From Leptolyngbyaceae cyanobacterium (GTDB lineage Bacteria > Cyanobacteriota > Cyanobacteriia > Phormidesmidales > Phormidesmidaceae), in contig CBDHHL010000032.1 in assembly GCA_965263355.1 (NCBI GenBank), positions 352,001-416,000 of the forward strand: DNA of 64,000 nt, in the 5' to 3' direction. This document shows positions 19,159-30,117 of the stretch, in pieces. How positions within the stretch are numbered: the stretch's first letter is position 1; each line of letters starts with the position of its first letter. Position numbers and translations under genes: made by a program. The notes below the pieces were generated by a model that saw only the letters and a program-made list of their open reading frames with translations, was not told the DNA's origin and searched no databases.

Positions 19159-21537
19159 ATGAGCTTCGACATGCAGCAGGCGGAGACATGTTTGCAGTCT
19201 CTAGATCTAGTGACATTGTTCAGGGAGGTGTTAGGTTGGTCTGCTCCGTTTGGGGGGCGTGCGATCTCGACTAGGGCCTTCAATCAATCCTATCGAGCCA
19301 ACTGTATCGCCCAGAGAGGTGATGTCAGAATTTGGGAAATTAAGTTGGCTATCCCTGCAAATCTGAGTCTAAAGCTCAAAAGCAGGTTGTATCAAACTAT
19401 TCATAAAAAGTTTCCGCACCCCCTCATTATTTTTATCGATCGCCAACGGTGTCGTAGCCTGTGGCATTGGAAAAGCAGAGCTAATTGCTTTCAATCACTC
19501 GTATTTATTAACCAACAGCCATTAGCAGGATGGCGTGCCCGCTTAGATTACCTGGCCGATTACAATCCCACATGGGGAGCAATAGATTTACAGCCAAAGC
19601 TGATTAACTGTGCTGAGTTTACCCAACAGTTACGGCAGCAGTTAGACCAGTTGGTTGCCAGCATTAATGGCATCAGCGATGGTGGTGATCGACGCTGGTA
19701 TGCAGCTGTGTTATTGCAGCGGTTAATGCTTATTTACCTGTTGCAACGGCGTGGACTATTGGATAACGATATATGGTATCTCCACAATCAACTGGGCAGT
19801 AGTCAGCAGCGACAGCCGGATACTTTTTTTCAGCAAGTGTTGCAACCTCTATTTACCCAGGGATTTTCATTGCCCGTTCTGGAGCGGCCTCGATCTATGA
19901 ACTGGATAGGGGCAGTTCCTTACTTAGGGGATGTATTTTATACCCATCCCTTAGAGCGACAGTATACTCATATAGACATTGCTGACGCACCGTTTGAATC
20001 AGTTCTAGTGTGGTTCGAGTCACCCCTATGGCAGCAAGTGAGCAACAGCTGGCAAGCAAGTACCGTGGGGGCAGCCTTTGAACAGGTGTTAACTGAGCAG
20101 CAACCTAATAATTGGGATGCCATCGAGGAAGGAATAGCAGGCGGCTGTGAGCGACTGCTCGATCAGTTTATGCTCCGTCAGCTTGGCATTGAACCCCAAC
20201 CCTCTGCACCTGATTTTTGGAATATTCTGTTTTGTGGACAGGCAGTTCACCTACGTCGGCTAGTGCAAACAATTCTGCCGCAGTTTTCCTTACTTGACCC
20301 CGCCTGCGGCACAGGCACACTCTTGATGGCCATGCAGTATCGGCTGGTTGATATTTACAGTGTACTGATTGGTCAACTAGCTCATTACCAAGACAGTCAA
20401 CTTGATATTTGGGTCAAAGGATTATACGCAGAGCACCCTTCTCTATTACAAACTATCTATCGGCGGATTTTCAAGTATGGTCTGTATGGTGTAGACATCA
20501 ACCCAATAGCTATTGATATAGCTCGTCTTCAGTTGCTTATGGGTTTAGTTACCATTGCCCAACAACCGCAGGATGTTGAACCGTTACCAAGCCTTGATTT
20601 TAATATTGTTTCTGGTGATAGCCTCGTAGGACTTATTCGTGTAGATGAGTCTGGCTTTGACCGATTGCCAGCTTCAGAGACGCTACTTCAAGGTAATCTG
20701 CTACAACCGTTGGCAGCTGAAAACTATCACACCATTCTCTCAGAAAAAAACATTGCCCTTGAACACTACCGCTCACGATTTAATCTGTTGGAGGAGTTAA
20801 GGCAAGATATTCCCCACTATGCACAATTAGAATTTTTCCGAGAGCAAATTAATTGTTTGGACAGTAAGGCCCAGGCCAAACTTAATGAACTACTACTGTC
20901 GGAGTTTAGTCAAACCCTGGGGATTCAATTTAGGGAAGCTCAACTAGTTACTGCTCCCCGACGAAGGTTGTTACTAGTTGAAGACCTTAAAATTTTGCAA
21001 CCGTTTCATTGGGGATATCACTTTAGCCACATTTTAGAACAGGCAGGTGGTTTTAATTTGGTTTTATCAAGGCCTCCCCAAGGGGTATTTCGGCCTACTC
21101 CCCAAGAATTTTTTCAGCGATTTTTTGACTTGGCCAGTCGAAAGAATATTGATCTTCGTACATTCAAAACGGCCAAGCGTTCGTTACTTAATGCTGATTC
21201 TGAAATTGCCAGTGCTTGGTTATTCTATCAAAGTCAATATTCTTTGTTGACTGACTATTTTTATCGTTCTCCCCAGTACGAGCACCAAAGCCCCTTGCTC
21301 CAGGGCAAACGTCAACGAACTCAGCTACGACGACACTGGCTCTTTATTGAACGATGTTTTCATCTCTTGGCACCCCATGGCGTTTGTGGCTTGATAACCT
21401 CTAATGACATTAAAGAGAGCCCTAGGGGTGTGGCTCTACGCAGCTTGTTAGATAACCACACTGAGGGAGAGATAATGGATTTATGCTATTTAGACCCCTC
21501 TAGTGACCAATGTTTTCTTTGGTTTTGTAAAACGTGA
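19159..21537 (+). CDS. Type IIG/Eco57I-like restriction-modification-related protein with degenerate MTase catalytic motif
   Basis: Motif I LLDPACGTGTLL, LYGVDINPIAIDIARLQL, PLPSLDFNIVSGDSLVG, FHWGYHF; motif IV reads SRPPQ instead of NPPY/NPPW. Confidence 0.7.
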   Translation: MSFDMQQAETCLQSLDLVTLFREVLGWSAPFGGRAISTRAFNQSYRANCIAQRGDVRIWEIKLAIPANLSLKLKSRLYQTIHKKFPHPLIIFIDRQRCRSLWHWKSRANCFQSLVFINQQPLAGWRARLDYLADYNPTWGAIDLQPKLINCAEFTQQLRQQLDQLVASINGISDGGDRRWYAAVLLQRLMLIYLLQRRGLLDNDIWYLHNQLGSSQQRQPDTFFQQVLQPLFTQGFSLPVLERPRSMNWIGAVPYLGDVFYTHPLERQYTHIDIADAPFESVLVWFESPLWQQVSNSWQASTVGAAFEQVLTEQQPNNWDAIEEGIAGGCERLLDQFMLRQLGIEPQPSAPDFWNILFCGQAVHLRRLVQTILPQFSLLDPACGTGTLLMAMQYRLVDIYSVLIGQLAHYQDSQLDIWVKGLYAEHPSLLQTIYRRIFKYGLYGVDINPIAIDIARLQLLMGLVTIAQQPQDVEPLPSLDFNIVSGDSLVGLIRVDESGFDRLPASETLLQGNLLQPLAAENYHTILSEKNIALEHYRSRFNLLEELRQDIPHYAQLEFFREQINCLDSKAQAKLNELLLSEFSQTLGIQFREAQLVTAPRRRLLLVEDLKILQPFHWGYHFSHILEQAGGFNLVLSRPPQGVFRPTPQEFFQRFFDLASRKNIDLRTFKTAKRSLLNADSEIASAWLFYQSQYSLLTDYFYRSPQYEHQSPLLQGKRQRTQLRRHWLFIERCFHLLAPHGVCGLITSNDIKESPRGVALRSLLDNHTEGEIMDLCYLDPSSDQCFLWFCKT

Positions 21538-21550
21538 TGAGGAAATTGCT

Positions 21551-21624
21551 TTAAATCACATCCAAGTTAAAATCTGTAGAGTCTTCACCAGAAAAACTTT
21601 AGTTCTAGACGTGAGTAAGGTTTA
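21551..21624 (+). repeat. 74-bp structured dispersed repeat, copy A
   Basis: Ungapped similarity (about 54/74 by hand count) to 31585-31658 and to the reverse complement of 50567-50640. Confidence 0.8.
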
Positions 21625-22065
21625 CTTTGAATAGTCAATAGCTAACCCTAAATCTTTCTCTAAGGTCAAGCAGTTACGACCATCGCCTACCCTCAGTTGG
21701 TAATCAACGCGATCCATTAACTGATGTAAAATCAGCCAACCATAGCCTCCTTCTTGAGGAACCTTTGGATTCGGCGCTTGATAGGTTCTGATATCAAAGC
21801 CATGCCCCTCATCCCAAACTTCTAAAGAGAGGAAACTACCTTCCAATCCAAGACGTAAAACAACAGGAATATCAGGACGATCTTGATGGGCGTGGCGAAC
21901 AACATTGGAATAGACTTCGACGATGACTAACCGCAGTCGACTTTCGACTTTTTTCCAATCGAGATCCCTATCGGTGCCGATTTCAGCCTTGAGTGAACTG
22001 AGTAGCCAATCTTCTACCACCGCTAAAAACTTTAAATCACTGGGGATAGCAAGTTCAGTTTTCAT
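21622..22065 (-). CDS. Anti-sigma factor / Ser kinase (RsbW-like HATPase_c)
   Basis: LVIVEVYSNVVRHAH, VWDEGHGFD, EGGYGWLILHQLMDRVDY. Confidence 0.88.
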   Translation of the reverse strand: MKTELAIPSDLKFLAVVEDWLLSSLKAEIGTDRDLDWKKVESRLRLVIVEVYSNVVRHAHQDRPDIPVVLRLGLEGSFLSLEVWDEGHGFDIRTYQAPNPKVPQEGGYGWLILHQLMDRVDYQLRVGDGRNCLTLEKDLGLAIDYSK

Positions 22066-22068
22066 AAA

Positions 22069-23703
22069 TTAAAACGCTACCTCCAAAGACAAGATAGTTT
22101 GATCGTCATGCTGTTCGTTACTTGCGGTATTTAGCCGGACTAGTAAATTCTCCAGGTCTAACCCATTGGTTTGTTCTAGGATTAGTTGCCACAAGCCGAC
22201 CTCGTGTAGCATGGTTTGCTGGCCATCGATAGTCACTAATGCTTCAGTAATGCCATCGCTGGCTAATAGAAGAGCATCCCCTTTGTTCAGTTGTAGACAG
22301 CCCGGTTGAGTTCGCCATTTAGATAAAATTCCTAGGGGAACATTATTACCCTCCTTTAGATAAGTAGGCTGAGGGAGGGGAGCAGTTCCTTTTGTAAGTT
22401 CTTTTTGTGACCAAACTACCGGGTAAATATGACCTGCGTTGGCATAGGTCAATTTTTGACTGGTGGGACTATATCTCACCAGCACCATAGTAATCATGTG
22501 TTCGTTATTAACCAGATCCGAATGCAGAGCCTGGTTGAGATTAGTCATGACTGTTTCAGGCCCTGGTGGTTCGCTAGCCGATAGTTCTCGCCGTAATAAA
22601 GAGATGGCGCTAGCCATAAATAGAGCAGCAGGGACGCCTTTTCCGGAAACGTCTCCTACGGCTAACCAAATATCACCCTGGGGATGGATAAAAACGTCAT
22701 AAAAATCTCCGCCGACCTCTCTAGCGGCTTGACATTTTGCTTGAATCTTGATTCCAGGGATCTTAGGCCAAACTTGATGAAGCAACTTATGCTGGATTTG
22801 CCTTGCCACTTCCAGTTCAGTGCGCATTTGTTCGGTTTGTCGTTGGATATGGTGGTGAAGTTTGGCATGGGAAATGGCCATGACCACCTGCTCAGCAATG
22901 CTATTAAATAAGGTGACTGTGTTGTTATCCCAGGTGTTGTCAATCTGATATAGGGCGATGGAGGCTAAGGGCTGATCGCGATACGTAAACTTGGCAGCTA
23001 AACGCATCAAAGATTTATCTCCGTAAGGAAATCTATCTAGAATGATGTCTTTGCAAGGGACTCCTGATTCTGCCAAGGTAGTCACTGGGGCTCCTGACTT
23101 CGAGTAAGTTACAGGTTGTGGTGATTCCCCAACTGTGACTGAATCCACCGGATATAAGACGGCGTAATCTGCTTCAAATGCTTGACCTAGCGCTTCTACC
23201 ACTGTCTGTAGAGTGCTAGCGTAATCCAATGAGCGACGAATCGTTGTGGTGATTGAGTTGTATAGCGATTCTTTTTTAAGAGATTGAGATAGGGCACGGG
23301 TGCGCTGCTTAACGATGCGATAGGTATTAGCAGCTTGGTCAATTACCTGTCTCAGTTCATTGGGTTTCCAGGGCTTTGTAATGTACTTAAAGACTTTTCC
23401 TGAATTAATTGCATCCACCAAGTCTTCGACATCGGTATAGCCAGTCAGGACGATGCGGATAGTATCAGGATAGGTTTCGGTGGTAAGGCTCAAAAATTCT
23501 GTGCCGTTCATTTTAGGCATGCGTTGGTCAGAAATGATAATTGCCATTTCGCCATGCTTTTCAAGACAATCTAGTGCGTCTTGACCGCTGCTTGCTCGAT
23601 AGACACGATAGTTGCGCCTAAATGTACGGTGTAGTAGTTCCAAATTGTCGAGTTCATCGTCGACAACTAAGAGTTTGAGCTGTTCATGAGTGATAGAACT
23701 CAT
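22069..23703 (-). CDS. Receiver-GAF-SpoIIE/PP2C phosphatase (RsbU-like)
   Basis: REC (LLVVDDE, ISDQRMP, KPW), GAF-like middle, VGGDFYD, GDVSGKGVPAAL, NAGH, SDGITEA, HDDQT. Confidence 0.92.
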   Translation of the reverse strand: MSSITHEQLKLLVVDDELDNLELLHRTFRRNYRVYRASSGQDALDCLEKHGEMAIIISDQRMPKMNGTEFLSLTTETYPDTIRIVLTGYTDVEDLVDAINSGKVFKYITKPWKPNELRQVIDQAANTYRIVKQRTRALSQSLKKESLYNSITTTIRRSLDYASTLQTVVEALGQAFEADYAVLYPVDSVTVGESPQPVTYSKSGAPVTTLAESGVPCKDIILDRFPYGDKSLMRLAAKFTYRDQPLASIALYQIDNTWDNNTVTLFNSIAEQVVMAISHAKLHHHIQRQTEQMRTELEVARQIQHKLLHQVWPKIPGIKIQAKCQAAREVGGDFYDVFIHPQGDIWLAVGDVSGKGVPAALFMASAISLLRRELSASEPPGPETVMTNLNQALHSDLVNNEHMITMVLVRYSPTSQKLTYANAGHIYPVVWSQKELTKGTAPLPQPTYLKEGNNVPLGILSKWRTQPGCLQLNKGDALLLASDGITEALVTIDGQQTMLHEVGLWQLILEQTNGLDLENLLVRLNTASNEQHDDQTILSLEVAF

Positions 23704-23867
23704 ATAATCCTGCGGGATATGTGATTTTTGGGCATATTGGGGTCAACCTAGAAAAGATAATCACCCATTCACCCGTATTTATTTACCAGTCAATCTTAGT
23801 GTGCCCAGGGAGATACCTGGAAAACTGTGACTATTTCAATCAAATTTGATGCTTTGTCCAGTAAAAA

Positions 23868-24824
23868 ATGGACGCTAGCACGACTTTAAACTATGGTCTA
23901 CCTAGAGATTTTTGCTGTTTGTTAAGAGCAATGGCTATGTTTCGCTACGCTTATCAACATGGGGCCATAGGTCTGGCTATCGCTTTTTCCCTCTGGGCTG
24001 GAGCCGGGCTGCAGGCCTATGGTCAATCATCGGACAATGCTGTAACTGATGGGCTGGCAAAGTTAGATCGAGCGATTTGTTTGCAACAGTGGCAACAGGC
24101 AATTGATATTATCAGCGGTCTGATTGCTTCTTCAAATGTGTCGTCAAATTATCGTCAAGAGCTTCTGAATTTTAGACGACAGTTACAAGCATGGCAAATA
24201 AGTTCAATGCCACCGAATGTTCAGTCTATTTGCGATCGCACCCTCCCCCTGGTCCTTACCCTAGCTGAACCGGAAACTCCTCCACCCAAGCCTTTGGATT
24301 GGAACCGTGCCTTGGCGATGTTGGCTAATCCTCGCCCCATTATTCAGTTAGACGATAATTTTGAGCCAACAGATAATTTAATTCCCCCCGAGCTATTGAC
24401 GAGTAGTCCAGAGGTATTGGCGGCATTTGCCACACCTATCGATACCCTAGATGGCTTTAGCGTAGTGGGCAATAGTATCAACAGACGACAGCAGGTTTAT
24501 AGTTTTTTAGCTCGCATGGGTGACCGAGTGTCGCTAGAAGTGGATGTTACCCGAGTGCATATGAGCGGTAATCCACAGTTGCTTGTGTTTGATCAAAGCG
24601 GAGGATTGCTGGCTGAAAGCGAGCCAACTGGGCTACAGACCTCCATTCAGAACTTGGTGATGCCTAAAACCGATGTCTATTTTGTCGCCGTAAATCCCCA
24701 AGGAAGTACCCCTGTTTTAGACATCCAGGGGCAAATTGTAGACTGGCAAACCTCTGGCAATACAAGCTTTGACTATACCCTTACTCTGACTGGTGTAACC
24801 CCATATCAGGCGTTAATGCCCTAA
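23868..24824 (+). CDS. Exported hypothetical protein with C-terminal PPC-like beta domain
   Basis: Signal-like segment; YSFLARMGDRVSLEV...LLVFDQSGGLLAE...DVYFVAV...YTLTLTG. Confidence 0.6.
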   Translation: MDASTTLNYGLPRDFCCLLRAMAMFRYAYQHGAIGLAIAFSLWAGAGLQAYGQSSDNAVTDGLAKLDRAICLQQWQQAIDIISGLIASSNVSSNYRQELLNFRRQLQAWQISSMPPNVQSICDRTLPLVLTLAEPETPPPKPLDWNRALAMLANPRPIIQLDDNFEPTDNLIPPELLTSSPEVLAAFATPIDTLDGFSVVGNSINRRQQVYSFLARMGDRVSLEVDVTRVHMSGNPQLLVFDQSGGLLAESEPTGLQTSIQNLVMPKTDVYFVAVNPQGSTPVLDIQGQIVDWQTSGNTSFDYTLTLTGVTPYQALMP

Positions 24825-24829
24825 GGTGA

Positions 24830-25753
24830 TTAAGTTTCAGTTAAAATTCGTTCTGCGAGTCGTAGTTTTGCCGAACGGGCCCTAGGATTTTGCCTGACTT
24901 CTTCTGAGCTAGCCATAATGGGCTTTTTGGTGAGCACTTTAAGGTCTCCATGGTTGCGCAATCCATGTTTGACCAGACGGTCCTCAAGGCTGTGAAAACT
25001 AATAATCGCTAACCTACCAGTGGGGGCTAGCCAGCTAGGTGCCACCTCAATCAGCTGTTCTAGGACATCTAGCTCCCGGTTAACGGCTATGCGAAGAGCC
25101 TGAAAGACACGGGTAGCCGGATGAATACGACCATGGCGATATTTGCTAGGGACGCTAGCTGCGATCGCATCAGCCAGGGCTGTTGTCGTTTGGAATGGGC
25201 GACCTTCTACAATACGTCGAGCTATGCGGCGAGAAAGGCGTTCTTCACCATAATGATAAAAAATATCTGCCAGTTCACGCTCTGACCTATGGTTCACTAA
25301 ATCAGCTGCCGTTAGTGTTTGGGTCGGATTCATCCGCATATCCAGTGCTCCCGGATGGCGGAAGCTAAACCCCCGCTCAGGACAGTCCAATTGAGGAGAA
25401 CTTACCCCCAAATCTGCTAGCACCCCATCAAAGCGCTGGTTAGGAGTGACAAACTCCGCAAAGTTACCATGCCAAAAGGTAACACGGTCACCAAACTCCG
25501 CTAAATTTTGCTGTGCAGCCGTCAATGCCAACGGATCTTGATCCAGGGCTATTAGATGAGTCGTTGGCTCAGTTTTCAGAATCAGGCGACTATGCCCCCC
25601 TCCCCCCACCGTGGCATCAAGATAGTACCCATGCGGTTTAGGCGCTAAACCTGTTAATACCTGCTCCGCTAGCACCGGCTGATGGGCAAAGTTGGTTGGC
25701 GAATTAGTCATATCATCAGCCCCGGCATTACTAACACACCTCGTTGAAATCAA
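24830..25753 (-). CDS. rsmH: 16S rRNA m4C1402 methyltransferase RsmH
   Basis: [61 protein letters not shown]; likely start ATG 25711. Confidence 0.97.
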   Translation of the reverse strand: MISTRCVSNAGADDMTNSPTNFAHQPVLAEQVLTGLAPKPHGYYLDATVGGGGHSRLILKTEPTTHLIALDQDPLALTAAQQNLAEFGDRVTFWHGNFAEFVTPNQRFDGVLADLGVSSPQLDCPERGFSFRHPGALDMRMNPTQTLTAADLVNHRSERELADIFYHYGEERLSRRIARRIVEGRPFQTTTALADAIAASVPSKYRHGRIHPATRVFQALRIAVNRELDVLEQLIEVAPSWLAPTGRLAIISFHSLEDRLVKHGLRNHGDLKVLTKKPIMASSEEVRQNPRARSAKLRLAERILTET

Positions 25754-25868
25754 AATCGCATCATACTCTAGTTAGCTCTTTAGTTAGTTCTTTGGCCAGC
25801 TTTCAGCGAAGAATCTTGCTAGAATTCTAGGGCGAATAAGCATCAGAGAATAATACGGCATAGTTTCT

Positions 25869-27053
25869 ATGACACGGCTCGAAACCAGAACAGAGCCCAT
25901 GGTAATAAACCTGGGCCCTCACCATCCTTCAATGCACGGTGTGCTGCGACTCATCGTTACCCTTGATGGTGAGGACGTGATTGATTGTGAGCCTGTGATT
26001 GGCTACCTTCATCGCGGCATGGAAAAAATTGCCGAGAACCGTACAAATGTTATGTTTGTGCCTTATGTTAGCCGCTGGGATTACGCAGCAGGCATGTTCA
26101 ATGAGGCAATCACTGTTAATGCTCCAGAAAAGCTAGCTGATATCGAAGTACCTAAACGTGCCAGCTATATTCGGGTGATTATGCTGGAGTTGAATCGCAT
26201 TGCGAATCATCTGCTGTGGTTAGGGCCTTTCTTAGCTGACGTTGGTGCCCAGACACCCTTTTTCTACATTTTCCGTGAGCGAGAAATGATTTATGACCTG
26301 TGGGAAGCTGCTACAGGAGCAAGATTAATCAATAATAACTACTTCCGCATTGGTGGTGTAGCTGCCGACCTACCCTACGGTTGGGTCGATAAATGTGCAG
26401 ATTTTTGCGATTACTTTTTGCCAAAGGTTGATGAGTACGAAAAACTGATCACCAATAATCCAATTTTCCGCCGTCGGGTAGAGGGTGTGGGCACAATTAC
26501 CCGAGCAGATGCCATTAACTGGGGCCTTTCAGGGCCTATGCTACGGGGCTCCGGAGTGAAGTGGGATTTACGTAAAGTCGATCATTATGAGTGTTACGAC
26601 GACTTTGACTGGGATGTACAGTGGGAAACGGCTGGAGATTGTTTTGCCCGCTACATTGTCCGTGTTCGTGAAATGCGGGAATCGGTAAAAATTATTCGCC
26701 AGGCCCTAAAAGGCTTGCCGGGCGGTCCCTATGAAAATCTTGAAGCGAAGCGAATGGCAGAGGGGCCAAAATCCGACTGGAATGGGTTTGACTATCAATT
26801 TATTGGCAAAAAAATTGCCCCCACCTTCAAAATTCCAGCCGGTGAACATTATGTTCGTCTAGAAAGTGGCAAGGGTGAATTAGGTATTTTTATTGTTGGT
26901 GATAACAGTATTTACCCTTGGCGTTGGAAGATTCGGGCTCCTGATTTTAATAACCTTCAGATTTTGCCTAATTTGCTGCGAGGCGTAAAGCTTGCAGACA
27001 TTATGGCGATTCTGGGAAGTATTGATGTGATTATGGGCTCAGTTGATCGATAA
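25869..27053 (+). CDS. ndhH: NAD(P)H-quinone oxidoreductase subunit H
   Basis: [25 protein letters not shown]-terminal [18 protein letters not shown]. Confidence 0.98.
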   Translation: MTRLETRTEPMVINLGPHHPSMHGVLRLIVTLDGEDVIDCEPVIGYLHRGMEKIAENRTNVMFVPYVSRWDYAAGMFNEAITVNAPEKLADIEVPKRASYIRVIMLELNRIANHLLWLGPFLADVGAQTPFFYIFREREMIYDLWEAATGARLINNNYFRIGGVAADLPYGWVDKCADFCDYFLPKVDEYEKLITNNPIFRRRVEGVGTITRADAINWGLSGPMLRGSGVKWDLRKVDHYECYDDFDWDVQWETAGDCFARYIVRVREMRESVKIIRQALKGLPGGPYENLEAKRMAEGPKSDWNGFDYQFIGKKIAPTFKIPAGEHYVRLESGKGELGIFIVGDNSIYPWRWKIRAPDFNNLQILPNLLRGVKLADIMAILGSIDVIMGSVDR

Positions 27054-27061
27054 CTATTAAC

Positions 27062-27814
27062 TTACTTTGAGCTACTTGACTCATCATCAATATTACAGTC
27101 TGTTACCTGATTAACTGAGTTGATATAGCCTTCATGGGCAGTGGAGCCATCAGGATAGGTCACAAAGGCCATATCAGCCTGATCAAACCGAGTGCTTCTA
27201 GTAATGGCATTGTACATATCGGCATAGCGCATATAGGCTTGGCTAAAATTAGCCCCGCTCATATCGGCTGCCCTTAGGATCGTGCCATAGAGACTAGCGC
27301 TTTGAAAGTTGCTATTGACTAACCGTGCTGAACAAAGGTTGGCATCTCGCAATTCAGCGTTGGTTAGGTCGGCCCGCTCAAGATTGGTATATTCCAAGGT
27401 TCCTTGGAGAATCTTGGCGTTGCGTAGATTAGCCCGCACTAAACTGGCTTCCTCTAAATCGGCCCCTCGCATATTGGTGTAGCTTAAATCCGCTTCATCC
27501 AGTTTGGCTTCGCGAAAAATAGTGTTAATCAAGAGGCTGTTGCTAAAATTGGCTCCCCGTAAGTCGGAGCCAAAGAAGTTGGCTCGACTGAGGTCTTGAT
27601 TGCTAAAGTCTTTGCCTCGTAGGTCACAGCTAACACAGGTGTAGTTTGGATGCTGTGGATCAGTCATCGCATCCAATGAATTGCCACGTTGAGTGATGGC
27701 TGCAGCTGAATCACTTGCGCTTGATAGCGCCTTATTGACCCGTGGCAATCGCAGCAGCAGCGGAGCCATAGCGGCAGATACAATCAACAGGGTTAGCAGA
27801 AAATTTAGCTTCAT
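27062..27814 (-). CDS. Pentapeptide-repeat protein with N-terminal signal/anchor
   Basis: CVSCDL followed by A(D/N)Lxx repeats ending YPDG. Confidence 0.9.
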   Translation of the reverse strand: MKLNFLLTLLIVSAAMAPLLLRLPRVNKALSSASDSAAAITQRGNSLDAMTDPQHPNYTCVSCDLRGKDFSNQDLSRANFFGSDLRGANFSNSLLINTIFREAKLDEADLSYTNMRGADLEEASLVRANLRNAKILQGTLEYTNLERADLTNAELRDANLCSARLVNSNFQSASLYGTILRAADMSGANFSQAYMRYADMYNAITRSTRFDQADMAFVTYPDGSTAHEGYINSVNQVTDCNIDDESSSSK

Positions 27815-28213
27815 AGGCTTTGCACTGTCGATAATGAAGAAAAAAATATCTAAAAGAATAGAGATCTAGAACTTGAGTAGGCTCCCAAATAAGAATAAAG
27901 CTTCTACCATTTATACCTGTCCTACTCAAATGGACGCATAACAGAACAGTCCGTCCATTGACATATGTTTTACCTATCTAATAATCAAAAAAGAATAGTT
28001 TTAGTTATAACTTATCCTATGTTCGGATTGATACCCTGATATTGATTTCTGTTCCATCTAAGCTTCTGCACCTCTATAAGATGTTTGAAGCTAAATGGAT
28101 TTGTTCTCTGGCTTTCTTAAACTGCCTCCTGACGTTGATGGTTTTGGATGGATTGTTTAAGGGGGCCATAGAGGCGCTAACTAAACCTTACGTTATTATT
28201 CACTGATTACAGA

Positions 28214-29014
28214 TTGAATTCCATGGGCTCATCTCCCTTCCGTAGCATTTTCTTACCATCGTTAGTGTCATCGGGATTAGCATTTATCGTTATAACGTTA
28301 CCGTTATCAATGGCTAATTCCGTACCCACTTGGGTGGCCCCTAGGCAATCTCGGGGTGATCTAGTGAGTCCTCTGGACAATTCCGCTAAACCAATTATCC
28401 GTTACATTGGCATTGCAATCCTTGGCAGTGTAGGAACTGGCATGATAACGGCAGATATACTGAGGCGCATTTATCGACGACAACGTGCCTTATCTGCAGT
28501 ACCTACTCCCTTTGATGCTGCCATTGGTGAACCGACTGTTCAGGCGCAACAATTGTCGACTAGCTTTGATGAATCAGCGCCATCTTCTATTGGATTAGGT
28601 AGTTCAATGACATTGAATGGGCAGAGTTTTTTAGCAACACAACTCGCCCCAGGACAAACGGTTGTTCATTTTAGAGGATATACCCAAAATGGTCGTGTAG
28701 ATGGTTTGGAGTTGACACCAATAACATTGGATGACTTGATTCAGCTAGATGCTGATGTGCCTGATATTGATATTCCTATCCTGACGTTTTTAGAGCAGGT
28801 AGAGCCGACACATTTAGATACTGGTAATGCCATGGTGTTTGGTGTACGTTATCAAAATAAGTACTACTGTCTATGGCGCAGTACATCAGACTTAGATCAA
28901 GTAATGGGATGGGCACGACGCCTGATTCGGCAGCATAGAGATGTGATTGTGACTCAGCAACAACATGAGGCGCAGTATTCACTTTGGTATGTTCCACCTA
29001 AACATCTAAGATGA
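28214..29014 (+). CDS. Hypothetical membrane protein
   Basis: Two hydrophobic segments (PIIRYIGIAILGSVGTG); C-terminal GVRYQNKYY...YSLW domain. Confidence 0.6.
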   Translation: MNSMGSSPFRSIFLPSLVSSGLAFIVITLPLSMANSVPTWVAPRQSRGDLVSPLDNSAKPIIRYIGIAILGSVGTGMITADILRRIYRRQRALSAVPTPFDAAIGEPTVQAQQLSTSFDESAPSSIGLGSSMTLNGQSFLATQLAPGQTVVHFRGYTQNGRVDGLELTPITLDDLIQLDADVPDIDIPILTFLEQVEPTHLDTGNAMVFGVRYQNKYYCLWRSTSDLDQVMGWARRLIRQHRDVIVTQQQHEAQYSLWYVPPKHLR

Positions 29015-29098
29015 CTTGAATACCGATCTGATCAAGGCAAGTATGATAAGCCACCGCATTTACTTATTTATTTATTTGTTTTTTATAGCTAAAGAAAA

Positions 29099-30082
29099 AT
29101 GGCTGATTTATCTTCCCAGGTGATTGCCGCCTATGCCAAGGGACGACGAGATTTTAGCTACTGTCAGATGCAGGCTATTCGGATGTCTCAGTATGTATTA
29201 ACTGAGATTGATCTTTGGGGCTGTAATTTGGCGGATGCCCATTTAGCCGATGTTGATTTTAGCGGCAGTAATTTACGCGGTGCCGATTTGCAACGGGCAA
29301 ACTTGCGACGCACAAATTTTCAAGGAGCTGATCTACGGGGAGCTTGCCTTAGAGAGGCTCAAGTTGACGACGCTAATTTTGAAAATGCGATTGCAGATCA
29401 TCAAACCCAGTTTCCTAAAAATTTTGAACCGTTGCAGGCAGGGGTATGTTGTCTAGGTCCGAAATCTACATTAATTGACTGCAACCTCAGTCAACGTGAT
29501 TTAGGTGGGATTGACCTTAGCTATAGTGATTTAGCTGGCGCTCAACTTGTTCAGAGTAATTTACTAGGGGCTTGGTTAGTGGGTGCACAGCTCACGGAAG
29601 CCAATTTGAGTAATGCAAATCTAAACTCAGGCAACCTTTCCAATGCCAGTTTGCAACGAGCTAAGTTCAAAGGAACGAATTTAACCCGAGCTAATTTATC
29701 TAAGGCAACCCTATTTGGCGTTGATTTAAGTCAGACCACTTTAAAGGAAAGCTGTTTGTCTGGAGCCGTTTGTGATCCTGCCACCCAGTGGCCTGAGGGC
29801 TTTGATTGGGAGTGGGCTGGTGTTTATTGCCTTGGCCCAAATCAATCCCTATGGGCCGCTGATTTAAGTAACCTAGTGTTAATTGGGATTGACCTTAGTG
29901 GCGCAAATCTTGTGGGTGTTAACTTTACAGGGGCAGATTTGTGGGGCGCAAATCTGCAAGGCTGCGACTTACGAGATGCCTGTCTGGCTGGGACTAATCT
30001 ATGGGGGGCTAACCTTATAGATGCAGATCTCACAGGAGCCGAACTAGATACAGCTAATTTAGAAGCCGCTATGCTTTCTTAA
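29099..30082 (+). CDS. Pentapeptide-repeat protein
   Basis: YAKGRRDF start; three repeat blocks separated by two similar TQ(F/W)P..F....AGV.CLGP linkers. Confidence 0.92.
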   Translation: MADLSSQVIAAYAKGRRDFSYCQMQAIRMSQYVLTEIDLWGCNLADAHLADVDFSGSNLRGADLQRANLRRTNFQGADLRGACLREAQVDDANFENAIADHQTQFPKNFEPLQAGVCCLGPKSTLIDCNLSQRDLGGIDLSYSDLAGAQLVQSNLLGAWLVGAQLTEANLSNANLNSGNLSNASLQRAKFKGTNLTRANLSKATLFGVDLSQTTLKESCLSGAVCDPATQWPEGFDWEWAGVYCLGPNQSLWAADLSNLVLIGIDLSGANLVGVNFTGADLWGANLQGCDLRDACLAGTNLWGANLIDADLTGAELDTANLEAAMLS

Positions 30083-30117
30083 ACCAAATCCTACTTAAAA
30101 CTTGAGTTCTGTAAAAC

